Shown here piece after piece: positions 41,006 to 52,700 of a stretch of 64,000 nt of DNA. Numbering within the stretch: position 1 is the stretch's first letter; each line of letters begins with the position of its first letter. Below the pieces are notes generated by a model, which worked only from the letters and a program-made list of their open reading frames with translations, did not search any database and was not told where the DNA came from. The position numbers and the translations under genes are program-made. The DNA is from Cirrosporium novae-zelandiae (lineage: Eukaryota): assembly GCA_026023565.1 (NCBI GenBank), contig JAPETS010000010.1:682001-746000 (forward strand). Reading direction: 5' to 3'.

Positions 41006-44000
41006 CTACCAATGGTGGTATTTAAAGTCTATACACGGACTATAGGGTTGGTCAGTAATAATGAACCAAAGTCAAATGATAACAGGCTTAAAGGTTTCTT
41101 ACCGGATGATACGCTCGACAATGCGACGGAAATCTTCAATGTCCTCTTCGTCTTCCAAGGTTTTGTCTGCAAACCGAGAGGGAAAGTATTTTTCGGCTTC
41201 GATATAGGAGGGCTTTGGGGTGCCTGCCATACCCTGAAAGACATCTTGCATTCTTTCGTGTTGCTGGAGCAAGTCTCGGTATTCGTCGCCGAGGCCACAA
41301 ATTTCGACACAACAGAGAATGAGGGCAGCGAGGCCAGAGGCCACTGCGGTCGCAAAGGAGCTTCCAAAGACAATGTCGGAGTTCGATGCAGCATTTGTCT
41401 GCGTACGACGCGGGGACTTGAGCCCGGCACTGCCTCCTGGGAAGACAAAATGAGACTCCCGCAAGGCCGCATCATCCGCCATCCCGCTGGTTTTGGCGGC
41501 GCCAATGCAGAACACGCCGGGAATATTCCCTGGATATGATTTGCTGGTGTGGTTGAAGCCCTGGTCGCTAGCGGATGCGAACGTCAGAATGTTGGCGTTG
41601 TGAGCCTTCTCGATCTCGCCTCGTAGATTCTTCTCACTATTTTGGTCTAGCTCGGAGAAGGTCCAGCTCATCGATATAATATCTACTCTCATCGTGGTTG
41701 CCCAAGAGATTGCCTGAGAAGATTGACAGGTTAGCAAAAAAGCGATCTGGTCATACAATAGAATCAAGGATTCTTTCTAGTAATACCTTGATGGCAGATT
41801 CTATCGTAGGCTCCCCATTGATTCCTTGATCCAGTCGAGCAATGTACAATTTTGCTTTTGGACAAATACGTCGGATCAACTGCGCCATCAATGTACCATG
41901 CCCATTGGAGGAGAAGTAGTGAGGCCAGGTCCTAAACCCTCCATGAGATGCGTAGAATGAGACACCAGCAATGACGCTATCTTCAAAATTCCCCAACAGT
42001 TTGTCAACACCATCGTCCACCACGGCGACTTTCACGTCCCTCGTAGGGTCCTGCAGGTTTTTGATGAAACCGGCAAACTTGTACATATTTTCCAACCAAA
42101 CATTTCTGCCGTAATCCAAAACGTAAGCGCACATCTCTCAGGGGGAAATAACACAAAGAAGATCTCTTACGTGTCCACTTTATCCTCCCCTGGGTAGTAC
42201 AACTGATCACTGACGAAGTTAATGCCCGATTGAATGCGAGGATAGATATTTATATGGGGTTTGTGGCCCTTCAAACGTCTTTCAAAATTATCCAAATACC
42301 TTTTTATTCGATCTTCGCTTTCTAGCCGCTGTTGTACGAAAATATATACATCGGTCAACTGCATATGGTTATATAAGTTAGTGATGTCGGCTAGGTATAA
42401 AAACGTCTGTTCCTCTAACCTTCTCAAAACGATTCAACCCATCCACTGCTGACCAGCTGTGGAGAACTGCATTATTACCACTGGAATAGAGAAAGATTTT
42501 TCTTGCATTTTTTGCTGCGGTGTAAATGACACTACTGCAGAGATCCACCCGTCGCCAGTCCCATTCTTCGATATCAAATGGGGCAACCTTTTCGATTGCT
42601 TCGTCGCTATGAGGGCTTTCGTCATCGTCGTCCACGTTTATGCTTATAATCTTCTTCACTCCTCTTAGCTTCAAGAGGTTGAAGATCAATTGAAAATCCC
42701 CCTTGCCCACTAGTTGCTGCTCTTTTCGTCTACTATTACTCAGACCAGTCCCGTTAGAGGCAGTCGACAACGTATACGAAGGAATTCGAACGTATTTCAG
42801 AATACTTTCGAACTTCAGGCCTTCAATAAGACGTCTGAGCGCCGATTCAGACACCCCATGCTTAAGATTTGCAAGCTCTAGTAAATCAAAATGAATCTCT
42901 CGCTCTGCGCACAAAGTCAGCTTATCATCATCATCATAGCTAGAGGAGTCTCTAAATTCACAGACTCTGAGCATTTCCATGAAGAAGGTGGATAATCTTA
43001 TCCCGTTCATTGAGATGCATGATCTTGTCCTTGAGCAAATCCATAATCTTATCGTCGTGCAGCTCTTCAGGCTCGTCCCAATATCCTAGATCTAGGTGGT
43101 CCGGCTTAAACCGTTCGTAGAAAGTCCGAATCCGGTACTGGTATGCCGATTGCCCAGCTTTATTCGTTTGTATGATGGCCTCAGGATAGCGTTCGAGGAG
43201 ACCCTCAATAAGCTTGAGCTGCTTATCGATTCTCTGTTGCGGGTCCTTGTTATCTGCTAGATTGGCCGGCCCCTTCTGTTGATTTCCCTGCGCATGTGGC
43301 TGGCACGGGTCTACGAGTCTCCCATACTTCGCAGCAAGGTGTAAAGGAGAATTTTCCCCTCCATCCACGTGAAAGAGCACCTCCTTACCTAGACAGCTGA
43401 GAATTGGTTCCGAGCATTCCTTGTCGATCATCATTGGGATGAGTTCGTAAATCAAGGACTGATTGAACTCGATAAGTTTGACTGTTTGCTTTGGATATCT
43501 CTTCAGCAAACATTCAACAAATCTAGGGCGCTTCTTTTTAATAGCCATTTGTAACACGGTATTTGTGGCGTCTTGCTCATCTCCCTCCTTATACAGATAT
43601 GGACAGGCCTTCATTACCCAGTCAAACAGAGAGATATGACTCTCTGTGATCTTTGCTCTTGTCACGATATAGTGTAACACTGTCCTCCCGTCCTCTCCCA
43701 CCTTCTTCGACGAGTTTTGGATTTTTGGGTTTTCACTGAGCCATTTTTCAAAGGCATTTATCCCTTTCTCTGATTGCCTTGTTCTGTTCAGGTTGTCGGG
43801 ATCGCTGTGAGAATCGGGAGAATTGCGCGTGAACTTGGGCTCGTTTGTATCAACGTTTTCATCTATACTCCACTAGAAACAGAGAAGTTCAATGTCAGCC
43901 TTGGATCTGTTCTGTTTTTTGGTGTGAGGTCGTTCTGACTAGGGAGCCTTCTTGGTTATATTTCTTCCAGATCTCCCGAAACCTTTTAACAAAATCTTTA

Positions 44001-44107
44001 TGATGTTCCGTGGTCTTTTCTCCCTCGTCATCAGTTTCGGAGCTCTCGCTGCTCTGTCGACACTGGGGTTGGTTTGACCGTAGCCGTTCCTCATCGACAT
44101 CGGACAT
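41006..44107 (-). CDS. Ankyrin-repeat + uncharacterised middle domain + subtilisin-like (peptidase S8) intracellular protease
   Basis: Spliced model (~7 exons). Start MSDVDEE at 44107 (44349 is an alternative). ANK motifs GRTVLHY, NTVLQMA, ENSPLHLAA, GQSAY. Middle domain REIHFDL..PHSDEAIE..WDWRRVDLCS..LYSSGNNAVL. S8 triad VAVVDDG / HGT / GSSFATA. Last intron GTAAGA..ACTGAC..TAG gives RPCIDFKYHHW* ending at 41006. No signal peptide. Confidence 0.85.
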
Positions 44108-45227
44108 GTGAATCCCCCCCGTCAGCGGCAAGCTTCTGCTCGGCCGGGATACGCCAGAATTGCTTTCTGTGGGCCCTGTTTGCTATTAGTCTCACTTCTG
44201 TAATCTCTATGAGTAAAATGTAATAATGAAATAAAATGGAATGGACCACTGCTTGAAATCTCATAACCCTCTTCTCTGGGGTTCACTCTCCGGCGACTAG
44301 TCTGGCTCTCATCTCTAGGAGAATTTTCGGTGCTATCGTCCTTTTTCATATTGAAGACAACTAGGGAATTATGGAAACTTTTCTTTCAAACAAGCACGGT
44401 GAGATAGCTAGGTATAGCAATAGCTACATAATGTCTAGATATAGCGACAGCCTTGCGAATGGTGTAGTATTTGTCTTACAATGCTGCACGGTAGCTAAAG
44501 GCTAAGCAATCTTGGGGATCGTGTAGGATGTCGGCTCATGCATGTCACTGATTCGGACACTCTGCTGAACAAATATTGGACGCGACGAGGTATGGAAGCA
44601 ACATCTGTTTGGCCGTGTCCGTCAGCCGCAGCCACTCTTTCTCCTCGGGTACTTAATATACTTTCGTACAACAAGGAGTTTCACCAATTACATATAAGCT
44701 ATACGTATCCTCGCTGTTCATTACGCTCTGTATGAAAGGCAGTTCAGCTTCGAGCAGGGGGTGTAAAGCACTAGAGGCACTCCGTTTCAGGGGTGTGTTT
44801 GTTCATCTAAACGCCAAAGTAGATGATAAGTGGAGCTGAAAGTAGAACGAACTGATTCCTATAGTTGGTGTAGGTGAGCTAGAACCTAGGTTCGTGAAAG
44901 GTAGGGGGAATCAGGGCTTCCATACACATTGACCTATTGTTATGGTCACTAAGACCTCACATTAGGTCTTTTGCCCTAAATCGCCTGTGCGCCACACCTT
45001 CTAGATAAGGACCTCTGCCGCAAGTCTGCAACCTTCCAGAGAATGCATGACACCACCCCTCAGTTGAGACGAGCTCCTATACCAATCTTATTACCGTCTA
45101 CCTTAACACAATTGGGCTACTTAAATATGTGGATTTAAGACGCTTCTACTCGAGTAAGTACTGGAAATACTATTCTGTCCCGGAACGCACCTACTAACTA
45201 CTCTATTACACCCTACAACATACCTGC

Positions 45228-46106
45228 TTAGCTGCTAACCGCATGCGGTACGAGGGTCTGGCCATCCCGCACGATGCTAAGATGCTCCAAGTCGCTGGCA
45301 CCGAGATGCTCCGTATCGATCCCTGTTAGCTGAGCTCCTGCTGGCTGTCGCTTAGCCCCCTCGTCGAAGAACACTGGATCGATAGTGTCGACAATGCGGC
45401 GCCCCATGAAGCGCCGGGCCTGTTCTTGTATCTTATAACCTAGATTTACCTCCATTTCAACCGTGACCAGCGCCTGGAATCTTTCCGGAACTCTCTGCAC
45501 AACCAAAATGGCCGTTCGGAGAAATCCAGGGATCCCCAGTTTGTCAATCTTGTTCTCGCTCAGCTTCCATCGACCCATGTTGGGTTTGCCAGTATCCCTG
45601 CCGTCTATCCAGGAAGTGCCCATCAGGGTGGTGCGCGCCTTATGGACATTTGTCTTAGTTCGCTCCCATCCGGCCCCAATCCCAAGCGTCACTGGTCCGG
45701 CGCCGGCGCCGGCAGAGGCATTGGCGGAGAGCGTTGTAGTGACGGTTTCTGTTGAGGGGTTTAAGAAAAAGGTGCCGTGAGGGGCTATCTTCTTCACCTC
45801 TGGCTCTTCGTCCGGGCTGGTCCCCAAAGCAGCGAATTTGATCTCGATCTTAGCTGTCTTGAAACGTGTTTCCCGAGACGAGGACCCCATGAAACGGAAA
45901 TCGATGACAACTAGACTGGCAGGATCACCACCAGGTGTGTAGACACCGTGGACAATGCTAAAGAAGTCACCTTGTACGGTGAGTTCGGAGCCCTCTTGGA
46001 TGATGTGGGTTCGCTGCATCTCGCCCTGTTCGTTCCTGAGCCGGAAGGCGGCGCCCTGGTCTCCTTCTGCGAAGAGAGGGATTTCGAATTGGAGAGATCC
46101 TGACAT
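45228..46106 (-). CDS. Uncharacterised 292-aa beta-rich protein; candidate beta-pore-forming effector
   Basis: Intact intronless ORF; central alternating polar/hydrophobic Gly/Ser/Thr-rich segment TETVTTTLSANASAGAGAGPVTLGIGAGWERTKTN; no signal peptide. The gene is confident; the function is inferred. Confidence 0.75.
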   Translation of the reverse strand: MSGSLQFEIPLFAEGDQGAAFRLRNEQGEMQRTHIIQEGSELTVQGDFFSIVHGVYTPGGDPASLVVIDFRFMGSSSRETRFKTAKIEIKFAALGTSPDEEPEVKKIAPHGTFFLNPSTETVTTTLSANASAGAGAGPVTLGIGAGWERTKTNVHKARTTLMGTSWIDGRDTGKPNMGRWKLSENKIDKLGIPGFLRTAILVVQRVPERFQALVTVEMEVNLGYKIQEQARRFMGRRIVDTIDPVFFDEGAKRQPAGAQLTGIDTEHLGASDLEHLSIVRDGQTLVPHAVSS

Positions 46107-46734
46107 GGCGAGGACGAGATATCCTTACTATGAAGGAATGCAAAAGCATAAAATAAAATAAAAGCTTAGGCCTGGTTTTTGTAAAGTTACTAGGCTGCTA
46201 TGTACTAAGCTGCTCAAGTAAAACACTACAGTAGCGGGGGATTACAATACGCAGCTACTCATAAATCCCTGAATTATTCGAAAATATCAGTGCGTAAGCA
46301 AAGTATTAGTTGTGGGTTGGCATTTTCCAGTTTCGTTACTCTTCCTCCTTTCTAGGCTTCAACCTTTGTAATGCAGCGAAATATAACAGAAATTAGTTAC
46401 ACAAAGTTAGCGACCACTGGCCATAGCAAAGTGGCGCATAGTCATCTGTGCTTCTCATGCATATGCATATAATATCACATTCGTATGTATGCATACATTA
46501 AATTTCACAGCCTGTGAGACTTGCTGCGACCATCTGCAGTGTGTTTTATTATCTTGAGGGGCACAAAATCAGCCATCACCTTTTTGGGAGCCATTTATGT
46601 AGCGCACAAACTTGCCTCGCAACGCTAACATGACCCAAAGCGATCGGATCCGATGAGTTTGTTTATAACTTCAACAAAGATCTCTTCAAGCAAAACTTCT
46701 AGGTCATTATTGATTATTCTATTCATTGTCCAGA

Positions 46735-49700
46735 ATGGACGGAGACTTTACTGTCATCTCCCACACTAAGGCTCTTGCTCTTAAAACTCTCAAGGAACTG
46801 GGACACATTACGAGTCAGACGGACACATCTGGATGTTTCTGCGATCTCCAAAAAGATGCCGAAGGGCTATATAGTGTCCTTCAATACCTTGATGATAATT
46901 CAATACAAGCAAACGTGCAAAACATTTCTACAGCCCTTGAAGAGTTGCATGATTTTCTTTTGCAGTTGCAACAGCCCATGAATGATAGTGCAGCTGGCCT
47001 CCAGAAAAAGACTTCTCGGGAGCACGAAATTGACAGTTTGGTGAAGAAAGTTCAAATAGAATGTTTAACGCTGTATCTTTTTCTGCTTTCCACGAATTTT
47101 AGGTTAGTCTTTACCTGCTTTCCCATTTTCCTGGGGGTCGAAACTACACACACAGTTTGAGCACAAACTTCAAAACGTCTACTCACTTTTATAGGCTGCC
47201 CGACGCCTATCACTCTCAAGAAAGTCTACCGAGATGTCACCTCACTAGAATACTTCGACAGGTCATTGACCATCAAATCTCGGATCACCAAATTCAGATG
47301 GATAGTGATCCCGATTCAAAGAGTAATGATTTCTTACATTTGGTGGAAGTATATGCGGATGAGCTTTTATTGCTCAATTTGGAATCAGCGAAGAATCTGA
47401 AAAGTATGAATCATTCCAGGCAACTCCATACACCCAATCGAGGATATTTACAATAACTGATAGTCGTCCTCCAGAAACTATTCAAGAGCGGAAGCGTGCT
47501 GGTAAGAGTAACAGCATCATCTAACTGCGATCACGCTAGTATCTGACAAAACTATGCATCCATAGAGTTTTTTGATTCATTATCTCCTCTTAGCTATCCG
47601 CAAGATCAACTGCAGGTGAAGGATGCCACTGTGGGAACTCTTGAATGGATCTGGAATGAGCCAGCGTATTCCTCGTTCAGGCTATCTACTGAGCCAGCCA
47701 TACTTCACGTTATCGGGAAAGCAGGAAGCGGGAAATCTGTCTTGGCAAAACAAGTTTACAAGCATCTCTCTGAAGAGGTTACAAATTCAAAGCTAGAAGG
47801 ATCTGCTACTGTACTCTATTACTACTGCAACAGACTTGCACGCTGTGAAGAAACCGCTTCATCTATCCTCCGAGCTTTGATTCACCAACTCCTTCTAAAA
47901 AGGACTACACTCTTCGATCTCATAGTCGAAGAATGTAGGACGAAAGCAACCTATTCACTGCCAACGGACCCTGTCTGGTCTTTTGAAGCGCTATGGTCCA
48001 TATTCAAGATGCTTCTGATGAAATCGCAGTTTCAAGTGGTGTACTGCGTGATCGACGGCATTGATCAGTGTGATGAGGATTCTACAAAGACTCTTTTCTC
48101 TCTGTTCACCCTATTTCTTTTTCAAAGCGTAAGTAGAGTCAAGGTGAAGCTATTGGTGACTAGTCGTCCCAAAGGCTCTATTGAGGAAATTTTGAAAAAC
48201 CATGCATCCTGCCTTCGATTCGACCCCGACATTATTAATGAGGACATTGGGAGATATGTGCATGACACGCTGAGAGGTTTGGGCAATATAAGGCTAAGCG
48301 AGAGACGCCAGGAAGAAGTTAAGCAGGAACTGATCCATCGTGCGGAGGGCTCCTTTCTGTGGGCAGAGCTAGCTCTCTATATTCTAGAGAGCACTCATAG
48401 TCTAACGGCCACAAAGCTGCATCGCCTTATCCAATCACTTCCATTAGGGCTAAGTGCTCTCTACAACAAAGTGCTCATGAAGATTGAGAAAAGATGTGAA
48501 GATTCAGATGACTTGAAGCTAGTCCAGAGGCTTTTCGCCTTAGTTGTCCTAGCTGAACGGCCTCTCACTTTGGCTGAACTACGAGTCGCGCTTGCTCTTA
48601 ATTTCTGTACATCAGATCTGGCTTCAGTTGACTGTTTATTGAACGTATCTGTCGACATAATCCATCTCTGTGGATCTTTTATCCGATTAGTCCCACCAAG
48701 TGCGACCAACGATCCACTCAAAAATGTTATAGATGATGACATTAGCAGAACAGTTCTTCTCATCCACCATTCGGCTAAAGATCATCTACTCAGCGATAAT
48801 TCAACGTCCGTGTTTCATATTGACACCCTAGTTGGTCATGCTGAGGTTACTCGTCTATGCCTTACTTATCTCTCTGTTAAGGACTTTGAGATAGACCTAG
48901 ATAGGAAGTTAACCATATGTGACTCCAGAACTTCCGGTGAACTAGACATATTGATGACTAAACTCCTTAAAAAAATGTTAGAACTGCATAGCTTCCTGGA
49001 ATATGCTACCTTGTATTGGCCAAAACATGCTTGCCGATCAGCCAACATCGACCATGTGGAAACGCACGTACTGAGTTTTCTCAGTATTTCCAAAGCTCAA
49101 TTTCATACCTGGTGTCAACTATATATGTTTCTCCAAAAACCGAAATTAAGTGTCGGCTCATTCATCTCTGAACTCCATGTGGTTTCTTTTTTCGGCCTTC
49201 ATAATCTAGGCCGGTGGTTCATTGACCAAGCGGCAGCAATTGAATTGGGAAAAGAGGCCAGGCAGATTTCTTTGCACCATGCCGCGCACTATGGGCACTT
49301 GGAATTGGTCAGTCTTCTTCTCGAGCGAGGTTCTCTAATCGAGGCAAAAGGCAATTGCCAGTGGGCAGCACTTCACCATGCAGCATATAGCGGGCACCCG
49401 AGAGTTGTTGAAATTCTACTTGATCAAGGGGCTGCAGTTGAGACTACGGATGATGTTGGACGAACTGCACTCCATTATGCAGTATTCAATGGACATTTAA
49501 CAGTAATTGAATTTCTCCTTGGTCGATGCGCGCGAATCGAAGCAAGAGACAACTATGGACGGACTTCCCTTCACTACGCAGCCCTCAATGGATATATAGA
49601 AATTGTGAACTTTTTTCTTGAGCAAAACATCACTATCGAGGAGAAGGATAACAATGGCCGCACCTGCCTTCATCTTGCATCACAGAATGGCTGTATAGAG

Positions 49701-52700
49701 GTAATTGATATACTGTTGAAGCGAGGGATCTCAATAGAGGCTAAAGATGATAATGGGTGTACCGCTCTTCACTACGCAGCCCGAGACGGCCATTTTGAGG
49801 TGGCACGACTCCTTCTCGACAACAAAGCTCCTATTGATAAAAAAGACAGTAATAAATGGACCCCTCTCCATTATGCAGCAATGAAAAGACATCTGCAGGT
49901 GGTTAAACTTCTTCTTGATCGAGAAGCGTCGATTGAGGCGAGAGATAAATATGGATGGATTGCGCTTCATCACGTGGCACATGTTGGTTATCCGGAAATT
50001 GTCGCACTTCTTCTTAATGAATATACTTCTGTTGAAGTAATAAATAATTATGGTCAAACCGCCCTCCATATTGCAACTTGGGATGGACATTTAGAGACGG
50101 TCAAATATCTTCTCAATGAAGGCATTTCTACTGAGATGAAGGACAAAAAAGGTAGGACAGCATTCCATTATGCGACGTATGCCGGAGATTTAGAACTGGT
50201 CAAAGTTCTGCTCGACTATGGCGCACCAATTGAAGCAAAGGAGAATGATGGGCAGTCTTCCTTTCACTACGCGGCTGTCAATGGACATTTGGAGATTACT
50301 AGGCTTCTCCTTGATCAAAATATATTTTTCGACGATAAGGATAATTATGGATGGACCCCATTGAATTTAGCAGCTGACAGCGGTTATTTGGACGTGGTCC
50401 GATTGCTGTTAGATAAAGGCGCAAATATTGAAACTACTAATATTGATGGATGGAGCCCATTAACCGTTGCAGCTTGCAATAATTATTTAAAAGTGGTTCA
50501 ATTGCTATTGGACAAAGGCGCAGATATTGAAACTGCTAATATTGATGGATGGACTTCATTAAATTTAGCAGCTGGCAACGGTTATTTGGAAATAGTCCGA
50601 CTGTTATTGGATAAAAACGCAGATATTGAAACTGCTAATATTGATGGATGGACTCCGCTGAATTCAGCAACTGACAACGGTTATTTGGAAGTGGTCCGAT
50701 TGCTGTTGGATAAAGACGCAGATATTGAAACTGCTAATATTGATAAATGGACTCCGCTAAATTCAGCAACTGACAACGGTTATTTGGAAGTGGTCCGATT
50801 GCTGTTGGATAAAGGCGCAGATATTGCAATTGCGACAAAACATGGCCAGAGTCCATTAATTTCAGCAGCTAACGGTCATTTGGAAGTGGTCCGATTGCTG
50901 TTGGATAAAGGCGCAGATATTGAAACTGCTAATATTGATGGATGGACTTCATTAAATTTAGCAGCTAATAACGGTTATTTGGAAATGGTCCGATTGCTGT
51001 TGGATAAAGACGCAGATATTGAAACTGCTAATATTGATGGATGGACTCCGCTGAATTCAGCAGCTTACAGCGGTTATTTGGAAGTGGTCCGATTGCTGTT
51101 GGATAAAGGCGCAGATATTGCAATTGCGACAAAACATGGCCAGAGTCCATTAATTTCAGCAGCTAACGGTCATTTGGAAGTGGTCCGATTGCTGTTGGAT
51201 AAAGGCGCAGATATTGAAACTGCTAATATTGGTGGATGGACTCCGCTGAATTCAGCAGCTTACAGCGGTTATTTGGAAGTGGTCCGATTGCTGTTGGATA
51301 AAGGCGCAGATATTGAAACTGCTAATATTTATAGATGGACTCCGCTGAATTCAGCAGCTTACAGCGGTTATTTGGAAATAATCCGATTGCTATTGGATAA
51401 AGGCGCAGATATTGAAACTATTAATATTGATAGATGGACTCCGCTGAATTCAGCAGCTAATAACGGTCATTTGGAAGTAGTCCGATTACTGTTGGATAAA
51501 GGCGCAGATATTGAAACTGTTAATATTGATGGATGGACTCCGCTGAATTCAGCAGCTAACAACGGTTATTTGGACGTAGTCCGATTGCTGTTGGATAAAA
51601 ACGCAAATATTGAAACTACTAATATTGGTGGATGGACTCCGCTGAATTCAGCAGCTAATAACGATTATTTAGAAATGATTCGATTGCTGTTAGATAAAGG
51701 CGCAGATATTGAAACTGTTAATATTGGTGGATGGACCCCGCTGAATTTAGCAGCTAACAACGGTTATTTGGACGTGGTCCGATTGCTGTTGGATAAAAGC
51801 GCAAATATTGAAACTGTTAATATTTATAGATGGACTCCGCTGAACTCAGCAGTTAACAACGATCATTTGGAAATAGTCCGACTATTATTGGACAAAAGCG
51901 CAGATATTGCAATTGCGACAAAACGTGGCTAGAATCCATTAATTTCAGCAGCTAGTGGCAGCCGATTGGAGATGGTTCAATTTTTCCTTGATAAGGGAGC
52001 AGATATAACAGTTGTGGATGCTGATGGCTGGTCAGCGTTACACGTAGCGGTGACAGGCGGGTGCCTAGATATGGTGCTACTACTCTTGAAAGCAGGATTG
52101 GACATTAACCTTCCCGCTATAGATCAGGCAACACATTTGCATCTGGGGGTTCAACGTTATCAGATAACATGTGTTGCCGCTCTCCTTGAACATGGCGCCT
52201 CAACAAAGGCTTATGATATTTACGGTAAAACACCATTCGATTGGTTGAGCCTCGACAAAGAGGATATATTTCTCAAGATAGTTGCCTCTCTGAAAGATCA
52301 TGAGTCAACTAGCGAAGATGTCCAACAGAGATGTATCAGACAGATAATTCAAAGAATAACGGGCCAATTGGAGCAATCACAGTTCAACGACAAAGCCCTA
52401 TGGGACGTTTTAGGGAGGTGTCTCATTTTCCTAAAAGACTCGTCATCCGCCTTTTTTTCTTTTAGTCAGACTATAAGTTTTGATCCAATCACGAGAAAAT
52501 ATGACCATCACCCATATTGTGATATGTGTAGGTACATAATCTCCGATACTCGATACGTATGCACAACTTGCGCGAAAACAGACCTTTGCGATACTTGCAT
52601 GTCGAAATATGCCACTAGTGGAGATATACCATGGTGTGTCGGACACGAATTCTTGAAAGTTCCAATTCCAAGTTCCAGTCAGGAGAGTGATGAAGAAAGC

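Noticed and set aside
44122..44349. ORF MKKDDSTEN as a separate gene
   Set aside because: Short and featureless; more likely an upstream exon or 5' UTR of the protease gene. The start cannot be resolved without transcripts
45228..46106. Calling the 292-aa protein a gasdermin (RCD-1/HET-Q1 family)
   Set aside because: Size and protease linkage fit, but I cannot see the N-terminal P..LG-type motif or the two-hairpin pattern of fungal gasdermins. It is left as an unassigned candidate pore-former pending structure prediction
50340..51960. Regular ~99-bp repeats as a CRISPR-like or non-coding array
   Set aside because: The units are in-frame ankyrin codons without unique spacers, in a eukaryotic gene
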